NCBI GenBank assembly: GCA_934746515.1
Contig: CAKVFH010000003.1
Location: 22,529 to 86,528 of the forward strand
DNA: 64,000 nucleotides
Direction of reading: 5' to 3'
Source of the DNA: an uncultured Clostridia bacterium
GTDB lineage: Bacteria; Bacillota; Clostridia; Christensenellales; UBA1242
The position numbers and the translations under genes were made by a program. The notes under the pieces were generated by a model that searched no databases, was not told the origin of the DNA, and saw nothing but the letters and a program-made list of their open reading frames with translations. Of this stretch, positions 27,593 through 35,196 are shown one piece after another (positions within the stretch are counted from its first letter, which is position 1; each line of letters starts with the position of its first letter).

Positions 27593-28300
27593 ATGAGAAT
27601 CAATAAGTTTTTAGCGAGTGCTGGTTTAGGCTCGAGAAGAAAATGTGAAGAATTTGTTTTAAGCGGAAAAGTTGTTATTAACGGCAAGGTTATTTCTAAC
27701 CTTGCTTTTGATGTGTCTGAAAATGACAAAGTGTTGGTTGATGGAAAGATTGTTAATTTGCCACAAAAATACACATACTTGATGATGCATAAACCAAAAG
27801 GTTTTTTAACAACTCTTTCAGATGATAGAGAAAGAAAGACTGTTATGGATTTGCTTCCTGAAAACTATAAAATGCTAAAACCAATAGGCAGGCTCGATTA
27901 TAATTCTGAAGGGTTGCTTCTTTTTACAAATGATGGAGATGTTGCCCAAAGCGTAATGAGACCAGCTAAACAAGTTGTGAAAACCTATTCTGTTAAAGTT
28001 GAAGGTGAAGTTACTGCTGATGATGTGAAAGAAATGGAAAAAGGTGTTGAAACCATAAATGGCGAAAAGTTTCGCCCTTGCAAAATTAACATCTTGGAAA
28101 CAAAAGAAAGAAAGACTAAACTTGAAGTTCAAATCACTGAAGGAAAAAATAGAGAGATTAGAAAGATATTTGATAAATATGGTTACAATGTTATTTTTCT
28201 TAAGCGTGTTGCAATTGGACAAATTAAACTTGGTGGTTTAACGCGTGGAACTTACCGCCTATTAAAACCAAGTGAAATTGAGTATTTGAAATCTTTGTAG
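27593..28300 (+). CDS. rluB: 23S rRNA pseudouridine synthase RluB-type (S4 domain + RsuA family)
   Basis: MRINKFLASAGLGSRR S4 N-terminus, GRLDYNSEGLLLFTNDG catalytic motif; start moved to ATG 27593. Confidence 0.9.
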   Translation: MRINKFLASAGLGSRRKCEEFVLSGKVVINGKVISNLAFDVSENDKVLVDGKIVNLPQKYTYLMMHKPKGFLTTLSDDRERKTVMDLLPENYKMLKPIGRLDYNSEGLLLFTNDGDVAQSVMRPAKQVVKTYSVKVEGEVTADDVKEMEKGVETINGEKFRPCKINILETKERKTKLEVQITEGKNREIRKIFDKYGYNVIFLKRVAIGQIKLGGLTRGTYRLLKPSEIEYLKSL

Positions 28301-28307
28301 GTGCGAA

Positions 28308-29543
28308 ATGAGAGTTTGTGTTATAGGTGGTGGAGCTTCAGGCATGATGTGTGCGACCATGATTGCGCGTAAAGGGCATGAAGTTACACTTTTTGAAAAA
28401 AATGAAAAACTTGGGAAAAAAATTTATATCACCGGCAAAGGCAGATGCAATGTAACAAATGTTGCTGTGGGTGACGAGTTTTTAAAAAATGTTGTTGGTG
28501 GCAAAAAATTTGTTATGGGTGCTGTCACAAGATTTGATTCAAATGATACAAGAGAATTTTTTGAAGAACTTGGAGTGAAGTTGAAAATTGAACGTGGTGG
28601 CAGAGTTTTTCCTGAAAGTGACAAGTCTAGTGATATTATAAAAGCACTCGAAAAATCTATGCGCTGGGCGGGTGTTGATGTAAAACTTAATTCAGAAGTT
28701 CAAGAAATAAAAATATCAGATAACGTTGTGACTGGTGTTGTTGTTAATGGAAAAGAATTAAAATTTGATGCGGTAGTTGTTGCAACTGGTGGTGTCAGCT
28801 ATCCAGCTACAGGTTCGACTGGTGATGGTTACAAATTTGCAAAGCAACTTGGTCACACGATTGTTGATCCAAAACCAGGACTATGTGCAATTGTTACAAA
28901 TGATGAAGATACAAAAGAACTTCAAGGCTTGAGTTTGAAAAATGTTAAATTGATTGCAAAAGTGAATGATAAGACTATATATGAAAGTGAAGTGGGCGAA
29001 ATGCTTTTTACAGATCGTGGTGTATCTGGCCCAATTGTTTTGTCTTGCTCAAGTTTTATAAATAAATTCAATATTAAAGATGTTAAACTTTATATAGATT
29101 TTAAACCTGCGTTGTCACCTGATTCTCTTCAAAATAGAATTGATAGAGATATTGAAAATTTAAAAGCTAAACAATTTTCGAGTTTGCTAGAAGGATTTTT
29201 ACCAAAGGCTCTTGTTAAAGTTTTTGCAAAAAGAATGAATGTAAATTTGACATTTAAGGCTAATCAAATTGATAAAGAAAAACGCAAAAAACTTTCATTT
29301 TTGCTGAAAAACTTTGAAATTTCGCCAAAATGTTTAGAAAATTTTGATTGTGCAATTATTACATCTGGCGGTGTTAATTTAAAAGAAATCAATCCCAAAT
29401 ATATGAAAAGTAAACTTGTTTCAGGATTGTATTTTATTGGAGAAGTTTTGGATATTGATGCACTTACTGGCGGTTTCAATTTGCAACTTGCATTCTCAAC
29501 GGCTGTGACTTGTTCAAGTGATTTTAAGGATTTAAAGAGTTAA
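28308..29543 (+). CDS. HI0933/BaiN-like FAD-dependent oxidoreductase
   Basis: VIGGGASGMM dinucleotide fold, TGKGRCNVTN motif. Confidence 0.85.
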   Translation: MRVCVIGGGASGMMCATMIARKGHEVTLFEKNEKLGKKIYITGKGRCNVTNVAVGDEFLKNVVGGKKFVMGAVTRFDSNDTREFFEELGVKLKIERGGRVFPESDKSSDIIKALEKSMRWAGVDVKLNSEVQEIKISDNVVTGVVVNGKELKFDAVVVATGGVSYPATGSTGDGYKFAKQLGHTIVDPKPGLCAIVTNDEDTKELQGLSLKNVKLIAKVNDKTIYESEVGEMLFTDRGVSGPIVLSCSSFINKFNIKDVKLYIDFKPALSPDSLQNRIDRDIENLKAKQFSSLLEGFLPKALVKVFAKRMNVNLTFKANQIDKEKRKKLSFLLKNFEISPKCLENFDCAIITSGGVNLKEINPKYMKSKLVSGLYFIGEVLDIDALTGGFNLQLAFSTAVTCSSDFKDLKS

Positions 29544-29564
29544 TAAAAAGGTAGGGATAAAAAT

Positions 29565-30221
29565 ATGTTGTTTTTTTTAGCAATTTTGGTTTTGTATATT
29601 CCTGCGGTTGTGTTTCATCCAACCAAATTTTTGCATAAGGAAAATATTCCAAAGCGCGGGAAGAAATGTATTTTTGCGGGAAACCACTATTCAAATTGGG
29701 ATCCTATTATTTATGATGCAAAACTACTTCGCAAGTTTAGAATTTTGTCAAAATTGGAACTATTTAAAAACAAGTTTGTTGGCTTAATTTTAAAAGGCCT
29801 TGGTGGCATTCCTGTTGATAGAGAGCATCCTGCTCCAAGTTCTTACAAAAAGGCACTCGGTGAACTTAATAAGAATCATCAATTACTAATATTTCCTGAA
29901 GGAACAAGAAATAAATCGGGTAGCAAGGAACTTTTGGAAATTAAATCAGGTTTTTTGACTTTTGCATCGCGCGGTGACTGTGAAATTATTCCAATGGTGA
30001 TGTATCAAAAACCAAAGATTTTTAGACAAAATTATGTTATTTTTGGCAAGCCTTTTAGAGTTACAGGAAAAGATCCAAGGAGACTAACTAAAGAAGAGTT
30101 TGAAGAAAATTTGAATAGATTTTTAGTTGTGATGAAAGATTTAAGAATCGAACTTGATGAATATGTTGAAGCTAAAAAGCACAAAAAGCATAAATCAAAA
30201 AACAAAATGGTTAATTCGTAA
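29565..30221 (+). CDS. 1-acyl-sn-glycerol-3-phosphate acyltransferase-like (PlsC family)
   Basis: HYSNWD (Hx4D) and FPEGTR motifs. Confidence 0.85.
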   Translation: MLFFLAILVLYIPAVVFHPTKFLHKENIPKRGKKCIFAGNHYSNWDPIIYDAKLLRKFRILSKLELFKNKFVGLILKGLGGIPVDREHPAPSSYKKALGELNKNHQLLIFPEGTRNKSGSKELLEIKSGFLTFASRGDCEIIPMVMYQKPKIFRQNYVIFGKPFRVTGKDPRRLTKEEFEENLNRFLVVMKDLRIELDEYVEAKKHKKHKSKNKMVNS

Positions 30222-30267
30222 TTTTTTTATATTTACTGCCTACTAAAAACATAATATATTTTATTGC

Positions 30268-30296
30268 TTGATTTTAGATTGACTTTTGTGTAAAAT
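30268..30296 (+). promoter_or_regulatory. Orphan sigma-A-type promoter with no ORF downstream
   Basis: TTGATT, 17-nt spacer, TAAAAT; about 315 nt upstream of the tRNA. Confidence 0.4.
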
Positions 30297-30611
30297 ACAA
30301 ATTACTGTTTGGTTTGCACATTAAATTGAGCTAACTATAATTATAGTTGGTAGGCTGGTAATCGCATATTTAATTGATTGGTTATGTGTAATTAAGTTGT
30401 TAAAAATAAATGTTTAGATTTTATCGGTTTGTGTTTGCAATCATTTTATTGGTGCATTTACACCTAACAGATTTTTGCATTATGTTTTATCTGCATTTGA
30501 TAAGATTTGTTGTAAATCAACATAAATAGCATTTACTAAAGTTAATAACTTATTTTGTCAAAGAATAAAATTAAATAGAATGGTTAGGTCTTTTTAACCT
30601 AACTAAATTAT

Positions 30612-30687
30612 GCCCCAGTAGCTCAGTTGGTAGAGCAGCAGTCCCGTAAACTGCAGGTCGCGGGTTCGATTCCCGCCTCGGGCTCCA
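30612..30687 (+). tRNA. tRNA-Thr (anticodon CGU) with encoded CCA
   Basis: Manual cloverleaf: acceptor GCCCCAG/CTCGGGC (C5:C68 mismatch), D arm GCTC-AGTTGGTA-GAGC, anticodon stem GCAGT/ACTGC, loop CCCGTAA, T arm GCGGG-TTCGATT-CCCGC, discriminator T, CCA. Confidence 0.8.
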
Positions 30688-30694
30688 ATGTAAT

Positions 30695-30735
30695 ACACAT
30701 TCACATTGTAAAGGGGTGAGTGTGTTTTTATTTTG
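30695..30735 (+). terminator. Rho-independent terminator after the tRNA
   Basis: ACACATTCAC / GTGAGTGTGT 10-bp stem, then TTTTTATTTT. Confidence 0.75.
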
Positions 30736-30972
30736 CACAAAAAAGCGAAGAATATTCTTCGTTAAATAATAAAATTTACAAAAAGTCTGGATAAATTAAA
30801 AACATATATCGCTTTGATTTATTTCAAAAGCCTGAAAGTTTTAAGTTTTGGTGAACGAATGTAGTTTTTATATTGTTTTACATTGCGTTAAATTTATGTT
30901 ATAGTTTAGTTAGAAAATGCAATTTATGGATGGTTGACGAGAAATAAACTTCTGAGTGGTGTGGGAGAGAAT

Positions 30973-31476
30973 ATGAAAAGAGAAGAACGCGATTTGTATG
31001 ATGAAAATAGTAAACTTACTGGAAAGACTTATTTTAAGGGTGATAAGGTGCCGGAAGGGTTTTATCCAATGGTTGTTATGATTGCGCTGCAAAATAGCAA
31101 AGGTGAGTTTTTGATGCAAAAGCGCGTACCACGAAAAGGTGGTGATTGGGGTGTGACTGGTGGGCATCCAAAAGCTGGCGAGACTCCGCTTCAAGGAATT
31201 GTTACTGAAGTTTTGGAAGAGCTTGGTCTTGATATTTCTGAAGAAAAACCTATTGTTTATGATGAAGGTTGCGACGGAAAAGATTGTTATAAAATGTATT
31301 ATTTAAAATTAGACATAGACACAGAAAATTTAAAAATTCAGGAAGATGAGCTTTCGGAAGTAAAGTGGTTTTCAATGGAAAAACTAAACGAAATGGTGCA
31401 AACAAAAGAGCTTAATCCGGATCAGATTAGTTGTTTTGTTAAATGTGTTAAGTTTCTGGAAAGTCAAGAAAAATAA
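30973..31476 (+). CDS. NUDIX hydrolase
   Basis: Nudix box GGHPKAGETPLQGIVTEVLEELGL; ATG 30973 after GGGAGAG. Confidence 0.85.
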   Translation: MKREERDLYDENSKLTGKTYFKGDKVPEGFYPMVVMIALQNSKGEFLMQKRVPRKGGDWGVTGGHPKAGETPLQGIVTEVLEELGLDISEEKPIVYDEGCDGKDCYKMYYLKLDIDTENLKIQEDELSEVKWFSMEKLNEMVQTKELNPDQISCFVKCVKFLESQEK

Positions 31477-31497
31477 ATTTATGCAGGGGGAAGGTTT

Positions 31498-32055
31498 ATG
31501 AAAAATGAAATTGAAGCAAGGCTTTTGGATGTTGATGTTGAGAGCTTTTTGAAAAAGCTTAAAAGTGCTGATGCTAAATTTATTGGCGATTGGTTGCAGA
31601 TTCGCAATTGCTATGATTTTAATCCAGTAAAAGAAAACAGTTGGATTAGACTCAGAAAGGAAGGCAATAAAACGACGCTAACCATTAAAGAGATTGCGAG
31701 CACTAAAATTGATGGAACAAAAGAGTGTGAGATTGAAGTTTCTGACTTTGATTTGACAAATGAAATTTTGAATAAACTTGGATATTTTGCAAGGTCAGAG
31801 CAAGAAAACAGGCGAATAAGATTTATGCTTGATGATGTTGAAATTGATATTGATTTTTGGCCGATGATTCCAGCTTATGTCGAATTTGAAGCTCCAAGCG
31901 AAAGGCATATAAAAAGCGTGTGTGATAAGCTTGGCATTGATTTTGAAAGACTTATCACCTTTGGTGTTACTGAAATTTACAGACACTATGGATTAGATTT
32001 AAAAACATTGCCAGCCAAGTTGAAACTTGAAGATTGCAAAAAGGCTGATTTATAA
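31498..32055 (+). CDS. CYTH (triphosphate tunnel metalloenzyme) domain protein
   Basis: N-terminal EIEAR (ExExK-like), RLRKEG, TLTIKE, EIDIDFW, YVEFE beta-strand acid/base pattern. Confidence 0.8.
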   Translation: MKNEIEARLLDVDVESFLKKLKSADAKFIGDWLQIRNCYDFNPVKENSWIRLRKEGNKTTLTIKEIASTKIDGTKECEIEVSDFDLTNEILNKLGYFARSEQENRRIRFMLDDVEIDIDFWPMIPAYVEFEAPSERHIKSVCDKLGIDFERLITFGVTEIYRHYGLDLKTLPAKLKLEDCKKADL

Positions 32056-32165
32056 AATATTTGAATAATAAGAATTTTAAGATTTTCTAGTTGATTTATT
32101 TTTAAATTGAAGAATCTAAATTGATATATTTGATATTGTGCTTGAATTACATCTTTAAAAACCGC

Positions 32166-32193
32166 TTGACAAAACTAACAAATGCGGTATAAT
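32166..32193 (+). promoter_or_regulatory. Near-consensus sigma-A promoter
   Basis: TTGACA, 16-nt spacer, TATAAT; about 165 nt upstream of the next start codon. Confidence 0.65.
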
Positions 32194-32199
32194 AAAAAC

Positions 32200-32340
32200 A
32201 GAATTCCTTTCGACCATTCCGGATTCTTTGAAAGTGGGAAAATTTTTTCAAATCTTCTTATGAATGGCAATAATAAATAGCAATGTAATTTGGCTGTGTT
32301 ATTATTGCTCTTTGTGAGAAGTTTTTTCTTTTACAGCTAA
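32200..32340 (+). promoter_or_regulatory. Structured 5' leader with intrinsic terminator (candidate riboswitch/attenuator, class unknown)
   Basis: 5' hairpins (AGAATTC/GGATTCT; TTTGAAA/TTTCAAA), then a long imperfect hairpin 32254-32321 (core GCAATAATAA/TTATTATTGC) followed by TTTTTTCTTTT, 28 nt before the RBS. Confidence 0.4.
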
Positions 32341-32360
32341 TTTATTTTAAGGAGATTTTT

Positions 32361-32894
32361 ATGAAAGTTTTAGTAGGATCAAAGAATCCAGGAAAGATTG
32401 AAGGGGCTAGACTTGCTCTTGAAAAGTACTATGAAAATGTTGAAGCAGTTGGTGTTAAGGTTCCGTCAAATGTGAGTGAAGAACCAGTTGATGATGAAAT
32501 TTTGGAAGGTGCAAGAAACAGAGTTTTTGGTTTGGTTGAATATGCAAAAGAAAACAATATTGACGCTGACTATTTTATGGCTGTTGAATCGGGCATGACA
32601 AACAGACTTGGAAAATGGATGATAACTAATGTCGCATTTATTCAAGATAAAAATGGTGCCACAGGTTTTGGAACAAGTGCAAGTTTTCCAGTTCCTGAAA
32701 GATTGGTTGAAAAGATTAAATCAGAGACTCTTGGAAATGTTATGGATGAACTTTTCAATGAGACAAATCTTCATAGTGGCACTGGCGGTGTTGGATTATT
32801 GACTCACGGAGTGATAACAAGAATTGACCTAAACATGCAAGCATTTACAATGGCTCTCACACAATTTGTGAATGATAAAATTTGGTGTGAATAA
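32361..32894 (+). CDS. Inosine/xanthosine triphosphatase-like NTPase (YjjX/DUF84 family)
   Basis: MKVLVGSKNPGKIEGAR N-terminus; 177 aa; family-typical length and layout. Confidence 0.8.
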   Translation: MKVLVGSKNPGKIEGARLALEKYYENVEAVGVKVPSNVSEEPVDDEILEGARNRVFGLVEYAKENNIDADYFMAVESGMTNRLGKWMITNVAFIQDKNGATGFGTSASFPVPERLVEKIKSETLGNVMDELFNETNLHSGTGGVGLLTHGVITRIDLNMQAFTMALTQFVNDKIWCE

Positions 32895-33071
32895 GGTTGA
32901 AATATTTTTAAAAATAGTTAAAATATAAATCAGTCAAATAAATTTTGATTGATTTTTATTTAGCTGGAAATTAACGAAAATATAAGCAAATGCTTAAAAA
33001 TTGTTTAATTTTTGGCTAAAATGGAGATAATTTGCGTTTTTTTGTATAGAAAGTAAGAATGGAGGAAATGA

Positions 33072-33617
33072 ATGAACAATAAAGAAGTTGAACTTAAGTT
33101 TGTTATAACTAAAAATAAAAAACAAGAAATTATTGAAGATGTTTCAAAATCTTCAAGGTTTATTTCTGAAAAACGACAGATTGACACATATTATATTCCG
33201 TCGTTTAAAGAGTTTGAAATTGGCGGCGAAACTATGGAGTGTTTGCGTATTCGCGAAACGGCAAACAGAAGCATTTTGTGTTATAAGAAAATTCACAGGG
33301 AAGCGACTCCGGTGTTTTGCGATGAATATGAACTTGAAATTTCAGATAAAAAAGAAATGAAAAAGATTTTGTTTGCGTTAGGCTTTAGTGTGCAAATGGT
33401 TATTGATAAAACTAGATCAAGCTTTGAGTGTGGCGAGTTTGAGATTGATTTTGACAGTGTGAATGGTGAACTTGAACTTATGGAAGTTGAACTTAAAAAT
33501 GACAGTTTGGATACAAATTCAATTTTAGACTTTGTGAAAAAATATGGGCTTACAAAAGACGATGTGACATATCGTGGCATACAAAAACTTGTGCAAGAAT
33601 TAAGCAAAAAGGAATAA
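33072..33617 (+). CDS. CYTH domain protein, CyaB-like (class IV adenylyl cyclase/triphosphatase fold)
   Basis: EVELKF (ExExK), LRIRE, EYELEI, KTR, EIDFD, MEVEL pattern. Confidence 0.8.
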   Translation: MNNKEVELKFVITKNKKQEIIEDVSKSSRFISEKRQIDTYYIPSFKEFEIGGETMECLRIRETANRSILCYKKIHREATPVFCDEYELEISDKKEMKKILFALGFSVQMVIDKTRSSFECGEFEIDFDSVNGELELMEVELKNDSLDTNSILDFVKKYGLTKDDVTYRGIQKLVQELSKKE

Positions 33618-33622
33618 TAAAA

Positions 33623-34882
33623 ATGGTATATACAAAAACTTACAAAAACGGACTAAGACTTATACATGAAAAAAATAATAAAAATGTTGTTAGTTTAAAC
33701 ATAATGTTCAATGTAGGCTCACAGAATGAAACCAAGTCTGAAGAAGGTTATTCGCACTTTATTGAGCACATGATTTTCAAAGGCACGAAAAATATCAATT
33801 CTTTTGAGATTATGGATAAACTCACATTTTTGGGTGCTGACTATAACGCGTTCACATCAAAAATAGCAACAAAGTTTGTTTTTAAATGCTTGGCTGAAAA
33901 CTTTGAAAAGTGTTTTGAAATTTATGCCGATATTTTGGTTAATGCACAATTTGACAGCACTGAACTTGACCGCGAAAGACAGGTTGTTATTGAAGAGATG
34001 AAACGCTGTGACGATGAGCCAACTGAAGTAATGTATAAGCGCGCAATGGATAATTATTTTGCTGGGTTGCCTTATGCGCATGATGAGCTTGGCGATGAAA
34101 AAATTATTGAGTCGGTTACAAGAGAACAGCTTTTGGAATATAAAAACAGATTTTATAAGCCTGAAAACTGCGTGATTTCGGTTGTTGGAAATATTGAATT
34201 TGAAGAGCTTGACAAGATTGTTGAAAAATATTTTGCAAGCAAGTTTGACTATGAATCGGTTCCAAACAAATTTGATTTTGAGCCATATAAGATCAATATT
34301 TCAAAAAGATATGACATTGTTGAGCGTGATGATAATCAAGCGAATGTTTGTGTGGTTATAAAATCTGTTTCATCAAATGATGAACAAAAATTTGCTTGCG
34401 ACCTTTACACCAGCATTCTTGGAAGCTCGCAAAACTCAAGACTGTTTAAGGTTATTCGTGAAAAACTAGGGCTTGTTTACACAATTTTTGCCTACAATGA
34501 AATGTCTGGAAAAGCTGGCGAACTTTTGATTGTTTTTGGAACAAGACCAAAAAATGTCAAGAAAGCCATGGTTGAAATAAAGAAAACTATTTTGGATTTT
34601 GCAGAACATGGTGCAACTGAAGAAGAACTCACTAGAGCCAAAAACTGGAAAAAGTCATGTTTGGCTTTTGGAACTGAAACAAATGGTGATCTTGCTGAAA
34701 TCAATGGAACGATATTCAATGTTTTTAATAAGGTTTTTGATTCAAAAGATCGCTTGAAAAAAACAGAAAGTGTAACACTTGAGCAGGTTAATGAATTTGC
34801 AAAAAGAATTGCAAAAGAAAATGTTTTGAATGTTGTTGCAGTTGGCAAAGGTGTAAAAATTGAAGATATTTCTGTGTTTTAA
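33623..34882 (+). CDS. M16 family (pitrilysin/insulinase-like) zinc peptidase
   Basis: HFIEHMIFKGT (HxxEH) motif; 419 aa. Confidence 0.88.
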   Translation: MVYTKTYKNGLRLIHEKNNKNVVSLNIMFNVGSQNETKSEEGYSHFIEHMIFKGTKNINSFEIMDKLTFLGADYNAFTSKIATKFVFKCLAENFEKCFEIYADILVNAQFDSTELDRERQVVIEEMKRCDDEPTEVMYKRAMDNYFAGLPYAHDELGDEKIIESVTREQLLEYKNRFYKPENCVISVVGNIEFEELDKIVEKYFASKFDYESVPNKFDFEPYKINISKRYDIVERDDNQANVCVVIKSVSSNDEQKFACDLYTSILGSSQNSRLFKVIREKLGLVYTIFAYNEMSGKAGELLIVFGTRPKNVKKAMVEIKKTILDFAEHGATEEELTRAKNWKKSCLAFGTETNGDLAEINGTIFNVFNKVFDSKDRLKKTESVTLEQVNEFAKRIAKENVLNVVAVGKGVKIEDISVF

Positions 34883-35100
34883 ACATAGTTGTTTTTATGA
34901 AGTTATAAAAATTAAAGTGAAAGCATTAAAAACATTAAAACTTAAAGTGGCTGCGCTAAAATCTAAAAAAGTCTGACAATAAAAAATGAAACTGGTTTGC
35001 TTTTTAGTAAAAACCTAAATGCATGAAATACTGCTTTTGTGCTCCAAATAAATTTATTTTAAACTTGTCAAAAAAATTTATAAATTTCGTCATCAAGCAG

Positions 35101-35129
35101 TTGACATATATTTTTTTTAGGACTATATT
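35101..35129 (+). promoter_or_regulatory. sigma-A-type promoter of htpG
   Basis: TTGACA, 17-nt spacer, TATATT. Confidence 0.6.
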
Positions 35130-35130
35130 A

Positions 35131-35157
35131 TTAGCAGTTGGCTCATAAGAGTGCTAA
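35131..35157. promoter_or_regulatory. CIRCE element (HrcA operator)
   Basis: TTAGCAGTT-N9-GAGTGCTAA versus consensus TTAGCACTC-N9-GAGTGCTAA; starts 2 nt after the -10. Confidence 0.75.
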
Positions 35158-35196
35158 CAATTCAAATTTTATATTGCTAAAATGAGGTGTGAAGTT

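Noticed and set aside
30333-30348. Perfect 16-bp palindrome AACTATAATTATAGTT as a standalone operator
   Set aside because: With this base composition, roughly one or two perfect 16-bp palindromes are expected per window by chance. There is no adjacent regulator gene. It is kept only as a detail of the tRNA-leader finding.
30410-30529. 39-codon hydrophobic ORF (MFRFYRFVFAIILLVHLHL...) as a possible type I toxin
   Set aside because: It has no Shine-Dalgarno and no antisense promoter or terminator arrangement. An open frame of this length is not improbable across six frames of a 390-nt spacer.
32260-32280. 6-codon uORF (MNGNNK) inside the NTPase leader as a leader peptide
   Set aside because: It has no RBS and lies within the terminator stem, and its codon content suggests no regulatory logic. 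The structure-based attenuator interpretation is preferred.
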